Source of the DNA: Lingula anatina
Lineage: Eukaryota > Animalia > Brachiopoda
NCBI GenBank assembly: GCA_051362555.1
Contig: CM120641.1
Location: 40,926,401 to 40,990,400 of the forward strand
DNA length: 64,000 bases
Reading direction: 5' to 3'
Every line of letters begins with the position of its first letter. Position 1 is the stretch's first letter. The position numbers and the translations under genes are program-made. This document shows positions 28,001-39,251 of this stretch, piece after piece. The notes below the pieces were generated by a model that saw nothing but the letters and a program-made list of their open reading frames with translations, was not told where the DNA came from and made no database searches.

Positions 28001-31000
28001 GAGTATTCGCAATCAGCGGAACAAACCCTGTTATTCCCATCAGCGTCGGTCTTAATCCCAAGCAATGAAAATAATGCAACAGACCTATCTGAAGTGATAT
28101 CGACTATATCTTTTGATGGCACGTCCCCACCATCAAGTGACTTAGAGACAGACTTCATTTCAACGTCGATTGATTCTATTTTTATTTCAAATTTATCCAC
28201 ATCTTTGGATACGCTTCAACCAGAAGAAGTGTCTGACATGGCGAGTACATATGTACAAAGCAGTCAGTCTAATAACTCCAGTGTGAGTGAGGCATTACAT
28301 ATAACTCGAGGACAATTCTCAGACTTGATGAATATGGCGTCATCAGAGAGCATATCGCCCCCCACAGCTTTGACTACGTTTCCAAGCCTTTTTCGTCCTA
28401 CACAAGAGGAAACAGTGACGAATATTCCAAGTGTGTCTTCTTCAGTAAGCGAGTCTTATTCTCCCACAATATTTGCGGCTGTCCATGATTTCTCTTCATC
28501 TATAGAAAGTTTCAGTTATTTCTCCACAGACATTGGTTTTGTGTCGCCAGACATTAGTTTTGTGTCGCCACCAACAAGTGGATTTTTCTCTGACGTTTCA
28601 AGCGTGGCGTCTTCAGGAAGCGTGTCTGATATGCCGTCAATGTCTTCTTACCCCAAGCTTTTTTCTTCTTTGCTAGGAAGTGCTGCTTTATTGTCGTCAT
28701 CGGAAAACGTGTCCAGTCTTTCTTCAACGTCTTTGTTAGATAGTATCAGTTCCTATACTGTAAGTGACGTATCTGTATCGCCATCAACAATGGAAAGCAC
28801 CATGAGTGCTTCAAGTATTTCATCATCGGAAAACGTTTCCAGTCTTTCTCCAATGTCCTTGTTAGAAAGTATCATTTCTTATACTCTAGGTTATGTATCT
28901 GTATCGCCATCAACAAGAGAAAGCATCATCAGTGCTTCAAGTATTTCATCATCGGGAGACGTCTCCGAACTCTCTCCAGTGTCTTTGTTAGAAAGTATCA
29001 GTTCTTATACTCTAAGTTTTGTATCTGTAACGCCATCAACAAGAGAAAGCACAATTAGCGCTTCAAGTATTTCATGGTGGCAAAGCGTGTCTGATCTTTC
29101 CCCGATATATGATTTTCTTCATTTTTCCTTTACTCCAGAAAGCTCTGATTCTTACACTTCAAGTATTTTAAATATGCCTTCGCCGACAAGCCAAATCTCT
29201 GACCTCTCCATGTTTTCATCAGCATCAGAGATCGTGTCTGATGTTTCCAGAACGTCCGATTTTCTTCAGGTCTTCCCTTTTTCGTTGGAAAGGTCCATTA
29301 ACACTTACACATCGGCTGTGCTAAATGATCCACTGTCGACAAGATACAGCACCTATAAAGTTTCAGGCATGCCATCTCAGAGTGTGTCCGACATTTCCAC
29401 AATATCTGCATCGTTTCCAGTATTAGTTTCTTCATTTGAAATTCCCGGCACTTACACTTCAAGTATGGTCAATAGATCACCATCTACAAGAGAACCTTTC
29501 TCGAACATGACACATTTTTCCACAGTTGAAAGTCTTTCCGATTTTCAAAGTGTTTCTTTTCATCCGATGCTGGTGTCTTCAGTTCTCGAAATTACGAGAT
29601 CTTCACGAGACCAGTCTCTTTTTGTTACCATGCCTTCGTCAGCATCACTCTCCTCTATGCCAGTTACTTCAACACCTCTAAACGAATTATTTTCTACGCA
29701 AGAAGAATTACATTCATCGCATGTGTCTATTTCTACCGGAGACGCGCCAACAAAAACGAGTTCAGAGTCACCAACACTGAGTGGGGGCATTTCTTATACT
29801 AATACTGTTTCTAAAACGTCAGTGGCAACAGAAATGCCCATTTTAATCACAGAATCGTCAATAATGCCAAGTTTGTCTTTAGCTACAAAGGCATCGGAAA
29901 TATCGTCTGTCAATACACCCTACTTGCTTTCCCTGCAAATCTCAGAGGAAACGACAGTCTCTGCAATGCTCATATCTGAAATTACAACAGGCACCTATTC
30001 TAGTTCATTGGATACTATCACCGCATCGGCTCACATAAAGAACACGGGGACTAAAACTGTTTCTGCAACGTCAATGACACCAGTGATGACAATTTCTAAC
30101 AGAGATTCGCCCTCAATGCCAAGTTTAGCTTCATTTTCTCCAACCCGAGAAGCACCAACAACAGAGCCTTTGGTGATCACATCTGCCAATACAGCCATTT
30201 CATCAACAACAGAACCAAACTTCTCCTCTTTGCAAACCTCAACGAAAAGTTTGGCGTTATCTACATTTTCTTCCACGCAAGAAGCACCAGCAACAGATAG
30301 CCCAGAGATGACACCTGTCGGTATAGCCATTTCCCCAACAATAGAACCAAATTTGTCCTCTTTGCAAACATCATTGAAAACGACGGTCACTGCAAATACC
30401 ACACCTGACATCATGACAGATACCGAATCTAGTTCTTTGAAAACTACCACAGCTTCGACTCGTATAAAAAACACGAGGACTAAAACTGTCCTTAAAACAT
30501 CAGTGGGAGCAGTCACGTCAACTTCAAACATAGATTCGTCAGTATTGTCAAGTTTGTCGTTAGCCTCCTATTCTTCAGCCCGAGAAGCACTAGCAACAGA
30601 CACCCCGGAGATGACGTCTGTCAGTAGGTCTATATCCGTTTCCCAATCAACAGAACCGGTCGTGTCCTCTTTGCAAACCTCAACGAAAATGACGGTTACT
30701 GCAACACTTATATCTGATATCGTAACAGCCACCGCATCTAGTTCTTTGGAAACTACTACAGCTTCGACTCATGTAAAAAATACAAGGACTAAAACTCAGT
30801 CAGTGACACCAATGATGTTCATTTCAAAGAGAGCTTCGTCAACAATGTCAAGTTTGGCCTTATCTTCATTTCCTTCCACACAAGAAGCACCATCAACAGA
30901 AACCCCGAAGATGACGGCTGTCAGTACAGCCATTTCCCCATCAACACAACCGAACTTGTCCACTGCAACAACCACATCTGACATCATGACAGGCACACAG

Positions 31001-32774
31001 TTCAGTACTTTGGAAACTTCTACATCATCTTCTCATGTAAAGAACACGATAACAAATCCTACTACAACAGGAACTATAATTACTTCCACGAATTCTGCTT
31101 CCTCTAAACGCCCAACAACAACAACAACAACAACAACAACAACGGTGACAAAAAGCACGACAAGAGAACCCTTGAGAGGTATGTAATCCTTACAAAACTG
31201 TAACAGAACATTTGTTGTAGAAGTAAGAACTAAAATGGTAGACTTTTCCGTCATTTTATGTTTATTTTCTGATATCCAGAAGAACAGAGTAATGTTTTAT
31301 CCCAGTCATATGTTTTAAGCATTTGCATATCTCTAGGGTTATTCTGTGTGTTGAGGTTTATTTCTATAAATGATATAAAGGATATCATTCATATTATCTA
31401 AAGAAAAAAAAAACTTTATTGATAATTGTATAAACGGATCGATGGGTTGGCACTATTGTCATTGGACAGTCCTTTTTGCCTATGTAGTCTGCTTAATGTA
31501 TTTATATATGCAGAGGGGTGCAGTCGTTATCTTTCATTAGTCATTTTCATGTGATATTTCTTCACTTAAATTCTCGTGTTACAGGGTGTTCAAAGGCGGA
31601 TATATCGGTAACAAATGCCGAACCAGACATCAATATGGCCGTGGTCCCAGCGGGTACCTTAGTACAATTCTCGTGTGTTACCGGTCACATTTTTCAGTCT
31701 GGGTCAACTAGAAAGAATGTCTGGTGTTTCAACACTGAGTGGCAGACACCGTCCGTTACATGTGTCCCTATATCGTGTGGGTCCATTTCTAAGGAAAACG
31801 CCGTCTTGTCACCAAACAGAACCGAATACGTGTATGGAGATGAGATTGAAGTCACTTGCGTAGTTGGGTATTCTTATCCAAACGGTAGCAAGAAAGCTGC
31901 AATCAACTGCACTGAAAGTGGTGATTTTAGCTACAGCACACTACATGAATGTGAAGGTAAATATGTGTGCGCGTTTTCTTGTACGCATACGCTTGCGCAC
32001 TCTTGTTTATTTTCGTAGATTCAAAGTTTACTAAAAAGAGAAGCTGAACTATCACAGCGTGACACACGAACGCACACATCTTATTTCTTTAGTACAAAGT
32101 TATCAGTTACTTTTTAATTAATAAAAAAAACATGAGAGAAAGACTGATGGTAGGGTACGCTTATTAACGTTGCGTTTATTTCAAATTATTTTATTATTGT
32201 TGTTGTAGTTGTTCGATGTCCGTCACCGCCAAATGTCACTTTGACTGTCAACAATGCCAGCACAACGGGACCTATGCCCTATGGTACTGTCGTAGCCTAC
32301 AACTGCACTGAGAACAGAACCTATGCAGATGGGAGTGAATCTAGGTCGATGTTTTGTGCAGACAACGGAAAGTGGAGCAAAGTTATTTCAGGTTGTTTAG
32401 GTAAGTAAATGAGAAAAGATCTGTTTCGCTTTTTACACAGAGTGATAGTAAGAGGGGCGATTTATTGATGAAAAAAATGACCGAATCATATTTTTAACAT
32501 AACTGAGACATTTAATAATATAAAATTTATTTTTGCAGAACAAGCTGTAGTGGCACCAGTGCCCCGGAAGCGGAAACACAATCCAGAACCTAAGGAAGCT
32601 ACTGGTGCAATTGGCATTGGAGCAGTGGGCCTGAGCGTTGTGTGCGGGCTACTGGGTTGTATTTTGGCCCTGGATATCAGCACCCTTGGGAAGCACCTTA
32701 GGCTTATGAAAAGAAATTTAGGGTTTAGAATCCAGAGGAAAAAAGCTCACAGGCAGCCCATGGAACTGATTTAA
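13255..32774 (+). CDS. Gene B: giant (~3499 aa) mosaic single-pass membrane glycoprotein: SP - mucin - 3 Sushi - 6 SRCR - CUB - PAN/apple-like - TSP1 - Sushi - mucin - 3 Sushi - TM (DMBT1/scavenger-receptor-like)
   Basis: 21 exons totalling 10500 nt in frame: 13255-13306 (signal peptide MAWKLSLLFLFQCYVIW), 15233-16666, 17057-18286, 18610-18759, 19861-20061, 20486-20680, 20944-21285, 21789-22133, 22481-22621, 23099-23314, 23559-23921, 24110-24445, 24738-24961, 25269-25392, 26148-26311, 26610-26784, 26992-27297, 27477-31178, 31585-31956, 32209-32400, 32539-32774. SRCR: G.V.V..GTVC...W...A.V.CR..G, C.G.E..L..C. CUB: GQIRSP..CWWLLQVP..LTLYDGS..LCG. TSP1: WSAWSSWS..TCGSG..RTRTC. Confidence 0.85.
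15700..16420 (+). repeat. ~144-bp (48-aa) coding repeat x5 in the first mucin exon of gene B
   Basis: ATQET-type anchor recurs at ~15721, 15865, 16009, 16153 and 16294. Confidence 0.88.
18796..18893. mobile_element. 98-bp MITE with CCC..GGG termini and TA target duplication (EnSpm/CMC-like)
   Basis: ta|cccagcagacaaacgacattgattc ... gaatcaatgtcgtttgcctgctggg|ta, with internal caacgttga sub-repeats. Confidence 0.82.
19212..19412. mobile_element. Degenerate copy of the palindromic MITE at 77-317
   Basis: Core cgcctactacaagctgtaagggggtaattaactttcg vs cgcctactgaagctgctacggggtatttaattatcg; similar ttccca..gatcga / tcgatcta..tatgg ends. Confidence 0.55.
21526..21651 (-). mobile_element. Short hAT-like MITE (CAGG..CCTG termini, C-rich core)
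   Basis: caggtctgtagccag ... ttggccacgggcctg. Core aaaagggcggttctttcgaa is close to the reverse complement of the core at ~48140. No clean TSD. Confidence 0.55.
28690..29080 (+). repeat. 126-bp (42-aa) Ser-rich coding repeat x3 in gene B
   Basis: SSSENVSSLS..SLLxSIxSYT..VSVSPST unit; anchors at 28701, 28827 and 28953. Confidence 0.88.
29940..31060 (+). repeat. Degenerate ~90-140-aa Thr/Ser coding repeats in gene B
   Basis: KNT(G/R)TKT-like anchors at ~30038, 30467, 30776 and 31039; recurring (T/A)(R/Q)EA..T..P.MT...AIS...EP...SLQTS. Confidence 0.8.
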
Positions 32775-33200
32775 TATTTCGTTGTAAATCACTGGAAAAT
32801 AAGATGGGTTGTAGAAAGATGTTAACGGACTTTGATAAAGTGTTTTGAAGGTGATTATTAAGGAGAACTAATTCCATAGAAATGTCCAGTATATCGTGGA
32901 ATTTATTTATTTGGCGAGAATGAGGAGAACACTCATTTCTCGCCGTATATATCAAAAGAAAAGGAATATTTTTCTATGTATATTTGCCTCTCTTTGCCAT
33001 GTACTCAGTACTTTGAGACGTTATTACAGTATATGCTTTTTGACAGAACATTTCTTATTGGTTGTGCAAACCTTGATAATATAATGTTTTTGTTGATCGT
33101 GGCGTATGACCAATTTCCTGATACTTGTTACAATGCGTTCTAAATGGGCAACTGTTCTTACAAGTGTTACGTTGTTGTTTTATAGAACCAATATCTAAAT

Positions 33201-33368
33201 CCGGTGTAACGAGATTGAGGGTCCGTGTAACAGAAAGTCCGTCCTCTATTTAGTTAAAATGGTAAAGGTTAGCCTGACCTAAGTAGGTAAAAATTTAGGG
33301 CAAGGCCTACCTGTACAATTGAAAGGGAAGCGGACTCTATCATGGGGGACTCTGTCACGTTACACCGG
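33201..33368. mobile_element. MITE with CCGGTGTAAC terminal inverted repeats
   Basis: ccggtgtaacg at 33201 and cgttacaccgg ending at 33368. Confidence 0.65.
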
Positions 33369-33708
33369 TATATAACGTTGCTTTCATCCGTTAAGCTTTT
33401 GTATCGATTCTAAGATTCTGAATCATTGCCAGGAATTTGATTTTTTACAAGAATATATATATTTATATAAAATAGTGAAAAAAACATTCAACTTATCAAA
33501 ACAATATTGAAAAAATTGTCAGTATCTCGTAGAATTCATCTTTGGTAAATTAACAATTTATAATGGATATTCACTAAATTTTAAAAGAAAGAATGGAAGA
33601 TAAATAAATTGAAAGATTGTTGATCTCAAATCCATGTTGTTTGACAAAGCGGTATACAAAAGCGACTTTTATACAATGTCTGCTCTTTTAAATTGTTCTT
33701 TGCGTTTC

Positions 33709-36700
33709 TCAAATCATTGTTTGCAAGCGGCCAGTTACAATCCCATTAGGTACTGCCGGTGTTTTTGGTTTTATGACCAGTTTTCGTCTCAGTGCCGTGT
33801 GCAGTAACATGTCTGCTATTTCAAAAAGTGTCAAAAAGCTGGCCCCAACAAATAATCCAAGGGATCCACCAATGTCACCTTAAAATGAAAATAACAAAAT
33901 GATAAACAAGTTTGATAAAAAAACTTTGATTGGTCAAAAGATAACTAGCACGTAAAGTAAAGCTCTAAGTCTTCATGAACAACCTACACTTTTAGACCTT
34001 TACACTAGAAATAATAAGTTATCTTACGAACATTCTTTTTCATTTTCTGAACATGTGAACTTTATCATCATGCTGCATAGAAAATAAGCAAAAGAATAAG
34101 TCGTACTACTAATTGTTTAATGTTTTCATTGACTAAAGGCAAATGCTTTTTACGTAAAAATCATATCCGAGGTATCTGGCTTTAATATCAACACGTACTC
34201 CATAGCTTGTTTATGTCATATGCCTTTTGTTGTTCGATCTCTTCAATCTGGAGTTCTTTGAGGAAAACATCAAACTGCAAGAAGTTTTCCCTGGAAATCG
34301 ATGTATTAAAAGCGTTTTATTGTAGGTTAACATAATATGGTGACAATTACTTAAACGGTAATTTGACAATTTGAAAATTAATATTGTTACGTGTACGATA
34401 GAAATACGTCTTCTTATATTATTTTACAAAATCTTTGCTCATAAAAATGAGTTCCAATCTGTGAAATACTAACTAAAATGGTTCAGACCTGAAGAAAGCT
34501 GCATCTATCCCATTCCCCTTGAGATATTCTTCAAGTTGATTCTTCAATACAACAAAAGCGTCCAGAAACTGTTTATCTGTAGTTCCCATAACGCCAGACA
34601 AATCCGACTGGCTTTGCAGGTTCTTAAATATTCTGTTCAGTCTGCTACATGTTTCGTTTAAACTTATATCTGAAAAGTCTCCGTTTAAACGGCTCAGAAG
34701 GACGGAATGATTTCGCGACAGAGCGTTGACGCGTTCTGGAGAAGTGTTGAGAAGATGTGCTATATGCTCAAGAATTTTTCGTTTCTCGCTGCTGGTAACA
34801 TTGTGACTACTAACCAACATTACGTCACTGTTAAGTTTCTGGTAGAACTTCTTCAATGACCCTTCTTCCAGCATCGTTTTCCAAACGGCAATGTAATTTT
34901 TTCTAAAAACTTCTAAGCTGTCTGTTATGTCACGTGACCTGGAGTGCAGTCCATTCAAAGCTTTTCTTAATTCCTGGAAACTGGTAACATGTGACTCATT
35001 TAAAAATGTACTGGCTAAATTCGTCTTGGTAAGCGACTTGTTGGAAATATAGTCTTTTGCATATCTCACCAGAGAATATACGTCTGCCCAGCTAACCAGT
35101 GCCTTCGATTCAAGACTATTATTCACAATTTTTAAAAGGAAATACAATGAGTCACGAACTTTGATTAAATTTGTGACACTGTTATTAAACCTTTCGCGTT
35201 TTTCGTTCACAATGTCTTCCGACCTTTTAACAAGTCTATCATGTAGAAGATATTTGCGGTAGTTAAATGCTCTTGCATTTCTTGCAATCTGAACTTTGCA
35301 TTCCTCGAATCTGGTCCTATTAAAATACCTGTTATCCAGTACATTTTTCGACAAATTTCTTAGAGCAATGATGCTGTCAATATAACTTTGTGTAGCAGAC
35401 GATAGATACATCAAGTATTCCTGTTTATAAGGATGGTATTGAAGCATTTCGGGGTTGTTGAAAGTGTCATCGTAACGCTCGTCTGGCAAAGTCACAATAT
35501 AATTTACAATTGGTGTTCCATTAGTGTAACTGGCGTGTACTGCAGTTATATTATCTAAGGCCCTTAGTGCCAAATATTGTTTTTTTAGGAGATCCATGTC
35601 TATAATTTCGAACAAAACGGTTCGTAAACAGCATTTTTCCTGCTCCGGGGTTGCTGTAGTTGACCTGATGGCTGAATCTTCGAAAGCGCCCAATGTTTCC
35701 TGATATCCTGACGTCACGTGACTAAAAGTCCGTTCTTCCATTACCTCCCAACCTCGCACAAACCCGTTATGAATAGAATACCAAAGTTTATGTAATGCGA
35801 CATCTTGAAAGTTGACGCGCGGAGCAATGGTGGCTAGCAGTTGACCTATCTCATGGCGCAAATGTTGTAAAATCTTGGACATTTGTTCCAACATTGTCTG
35901 TATCGCATCTGCTGCTCCGCTTACTTTTAAAATGGTTTCACTGTCCGCCCTAAAAGTATTCTGGTTCTTTTTTTGAAATATGTCACGCGCGGCTATATAG
36001 CGACGTTGTAGTTTTGTCACCTCTCTGTCGTTCAGTAAAGTTTCCACTTGGAAATTCGAAATGGATGCGTATGATACAGATGGGTCATAGATGTGCTCGT
36101 CACATGGGACAGGGCAAGGGGATTCCATTGTGTCGCGGCGGTAGGTTTCTGAAGTGAAATGGACAGATAAATATATGATTGTTGAACAATATGTGATTAA
36201 ATGGAACATACACAAATGAATTTATAAATTTAGACAGATACTGTAGAAACTGGAGATATGTAGATCTATAAGCATATGCGGCAATGAAACTCTATTTCCG
36301 TTAAAAAGGGAGTAATCAACATTGCCTTTGGTCAGAAAATTGACCTCGTCCAACTAGATGCAATGTGGCTGTCAGAGATATAGCGAAGAATGACACAGCT
36401 AAATTTAATGAGTCGGAAAATCCGCACACAATCAGGTTTTAATCATCCACGGTTCCGGTCCCCATCAGTTACGTACCTAGTAACGGCACGACACAAGAGA
36501 TGTACTGGGTTAAGTTGCATATCGGGAGTTTTACTGAAAAAGACAGACAATCAATTAGGCCACTTAGTAATGTACGTGCAATACCGCTAAGGTATGACAG
36601 ACAGACGATCGATCTTGTGTGTGCATGTGCTAATATTGAAATTGGTGCTACTCGGATTCAGAGAATTACAGCGGCAAACGACTGGTAAACACTACCTGGC

Positions 36701-38830
36701 GGTGAGAACTCCATAGATATGTCAATACAACCACATACGTCCGTCATAGCGCGGAGTTTGCGGTCGACAGAACACGTGTGACTTGTATAATGGTCAAAAT
36801 AATTCAGCGGTATGCTGTCGTCACACTGCCCATAAGGAGGTGGAAGGTTTTTGACCTGCAATCAAGATATAAGAGAATTCAAAACTTTGATAATGGTGGC
36901 AGTCGGTTGAAACTAATGAAACAAACTGCAATCTGTCCATTCATCAGATGTTCATTAATGCCATCGGAATCACTTTGTTATGCGGGCAGTAAAAATTTTC
37001 GTAGGTGCACCGCTTCATCCTATTTCAGCACTCATTTTGCACTGGGAAGGGTTGAAATTACTATAAGCCCCCTTTATTTGGGACATATAAAATAGGAATC
37101 ACTAGAGTATTTGTCTTTTAACCGTTACCTTAAGCATAAACAAGCCTAAAAATGCATGCGAACCGGGAGGTATGGCCAGACCCAAGTCTTTAACCAGTGG
37201 TACGTCAGAGCTGTCGTGGAGTAGTATTTTGACACCGGCAGCATCAGTTGGCCCGGACATATATTCATACTGTTCCACGTTCAGTGTTAAACGTAACCCG
37301 TGCTCGGCTCCTGAATGTGGTAAATAAGATGTAAATCAACCCAAAATTTACAATTTATTTTAAAGAGGCAATCGCAGAAACCTACTTTAATTTCAGTTGC
37401 AGACCTGATGTACATTCACTATTTCTCACTTTCTTTTAGCATTTCGGCAGAAGTAAGGATTTATAAAATGTGATGGTGAAATTGGGCATTTAAACTTCTC
37501 ATAAACTTAACTGATGACTCTCTAAGATTATCTGTACTTTACCTGTCTGCGTGACAATCCTTGGGTGCAAATCTGCATTAAACGTAAAGCAAACGCCTTG
37601 GTCAGTGAATGTTTTAGTTAACGAACCCTCAGCACAATCTTTGCCACCCCAACGACAACTAAAGAGAAAAAATAAAGTGTACAGTCAATTATAAAATGTA
37701 ACTGTTTATCCATGCTATTTTAATGATGGTACATGCATGGTATCTCTTAAGCAGACGTTAAATCATTTTATTAGAAGAAGAAATATGATCAGGTATCATC
37801 ATTACACTCTAGATCAAAAAGACGCGTCTGTTAAAACACTGGTCACTGCTTGTATTTCAAACATATTATATATGGACGTGTCCGTGCGCTCTTTAGAATA
37901 TTTAAAAAAAAATCTCTGAGAACTGATGTGAAATAAAGTTAATAATATTCACGTGATATTAAAGCTGGCAGATATTGTACGTGCTACATGTAAAGGAAGG
38001 TGCCCCAGAACCTGTACCTGACAATCATGTCTTCCTCCTCGTGTCCTGTTCTCTTCAGAAGGTCCATAAAGGAGTGGGACCCCAAGACAGCCAAAGACTT
38101 CTTTCTTTCATCGTCACTGGCACCGTACATATCAAAAAGCGCCTCGTACCAACCATTTTTGGCAGCACGCGACGCTCTGAAATTAGTAACAGACGTAGGC
38201 CTATATTAGACAAATGCGTATAGCAGGGGGTTTGGGGTTTTGTTATGTTATAAAAAAGCGCACCATGCTTATGGAATTGCATCCAAATGAAACTTAATAA
38301 GTATTTGCGATACTTTGCAATTTTCTTGTAAAAAGATAGTATACTTTTCGCCGGTATGATTAACTGCTAGGAATTATCATTATTAATTTAACTGCACTGT
38401 AGATAATTTTCTAAACCCACGTTTGTCAGTAAAAAGTACAGACTGTACAAAGAAGGGCACGCTAAATTGCGTACAGGGCCAGCGCAAACTATGAGCTCAG
38501 CTTTAAACTCATAGTTTGCGCTGGCTCTGTACGCTGAATTACCGGCCGTTTCCTACTTTAACGTTCAATTTTCGCCCCTCGTTCCCTAGTGTTTAAGTAG
38601 GAAACCGGCCACTAATTCAGCTTGGATTACAGTATGCGCATGGCTCAACCATATTTTTCTACCTGAAAGCGTTCTGGTTACAGAATGTGACCGCGGGAAA
38701 GGTCACATTGCTGACGTAATTAATTTTTACGTTGACCGCCACGGGACAGGACAGGAAGAGAAGAAGACTCATCACCACTTGGTAAATGAATAAGCTGAAT
38801 CCTCCAAGGACGAGACCTATCCAAATAATC
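33709..38830 (-). CDS. Gene C: ASIC-like DEG/ENaC channel (~920 aa identified, N-terminal exon not located) with a very large knuckle-region insertion
   Basis: Exons on the minus strand: 38830-38663 (TM1 IIWIGLVLGG.. and FPAVTFCNQNAFR), 38176-38018, 37658-37543 (CRWGGKDC..TDQGVCFTFN), 37310-37129 (GLRLTLNVEQYEY..GVKILLH..GLAIPPG), 36855-36696 (LPPPYGQC..CGC), 36533-36477, 36148-34489 (CPVPC..YDPSVSYAS plus insert), 34290-34199 (RENFLQFDVFLKEL..EQQKAY), 33878-33709 (SDIGGSLGLFVGASFLTLFE, TGA). All phases are compatible. Confidence 0.92.
38469..38621. repeat. Two abutting inverted repeats (hairpins) in an intron of gene C
   Basis: gcgtacagggccagcgcaaactatgag (38469-38495) / ctcatagtttgcgctggctctgtacgc (38508-38534), 26 of 27 complementary. 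Then gctgaattaccggccgtttcctactttaac / gtttaagtaggaaaccggccactaattcagc (38533-38621). Confidence 0.85.
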
Positions 38831-39251
38831 CTGGAACATCAATAACAGTCCATCAGTTCAGATACGTTCTTGTGTCATTCACACTCATTTCAATATGTGC
38901 TCCATCGTCACGTACTATAAATGTATCAAATGTAGGGTGGAAATGAGTCTAAATAGTTTTCTGCTTCGTTTATGGGTTAAGTTATCGAAGCACAGTGTAA
39001 CAGGGAAAGTGTTTCCTTTTTCTCGGTTCCTTGTGGATTACCTCAAACAGGGTAAATGGAAAAGACTGTGTCGGTAGATTTTAAAAAATCATAAAAATAA
39101 ACAAGCAGATAAAATGGTGAGGCTGTCCCCGGAAGTAGATACGTTGCGCAATAACGTTGCAATAAACTTGGTATTGTCGCGCTCATGGAAAGGAGACTTC
39201 GGTGCCCTATTTTTGTAACGAACATGGAGACTAAGGCGTGGTAGGCCTATA

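Noticed and set aside
34473-36215. 580-aa ORF as a standalone or viral gene
   Set aside because: It begins with the ASIC CPVPC..SYAS motif and splices in phase to ASIC exons on both sides.
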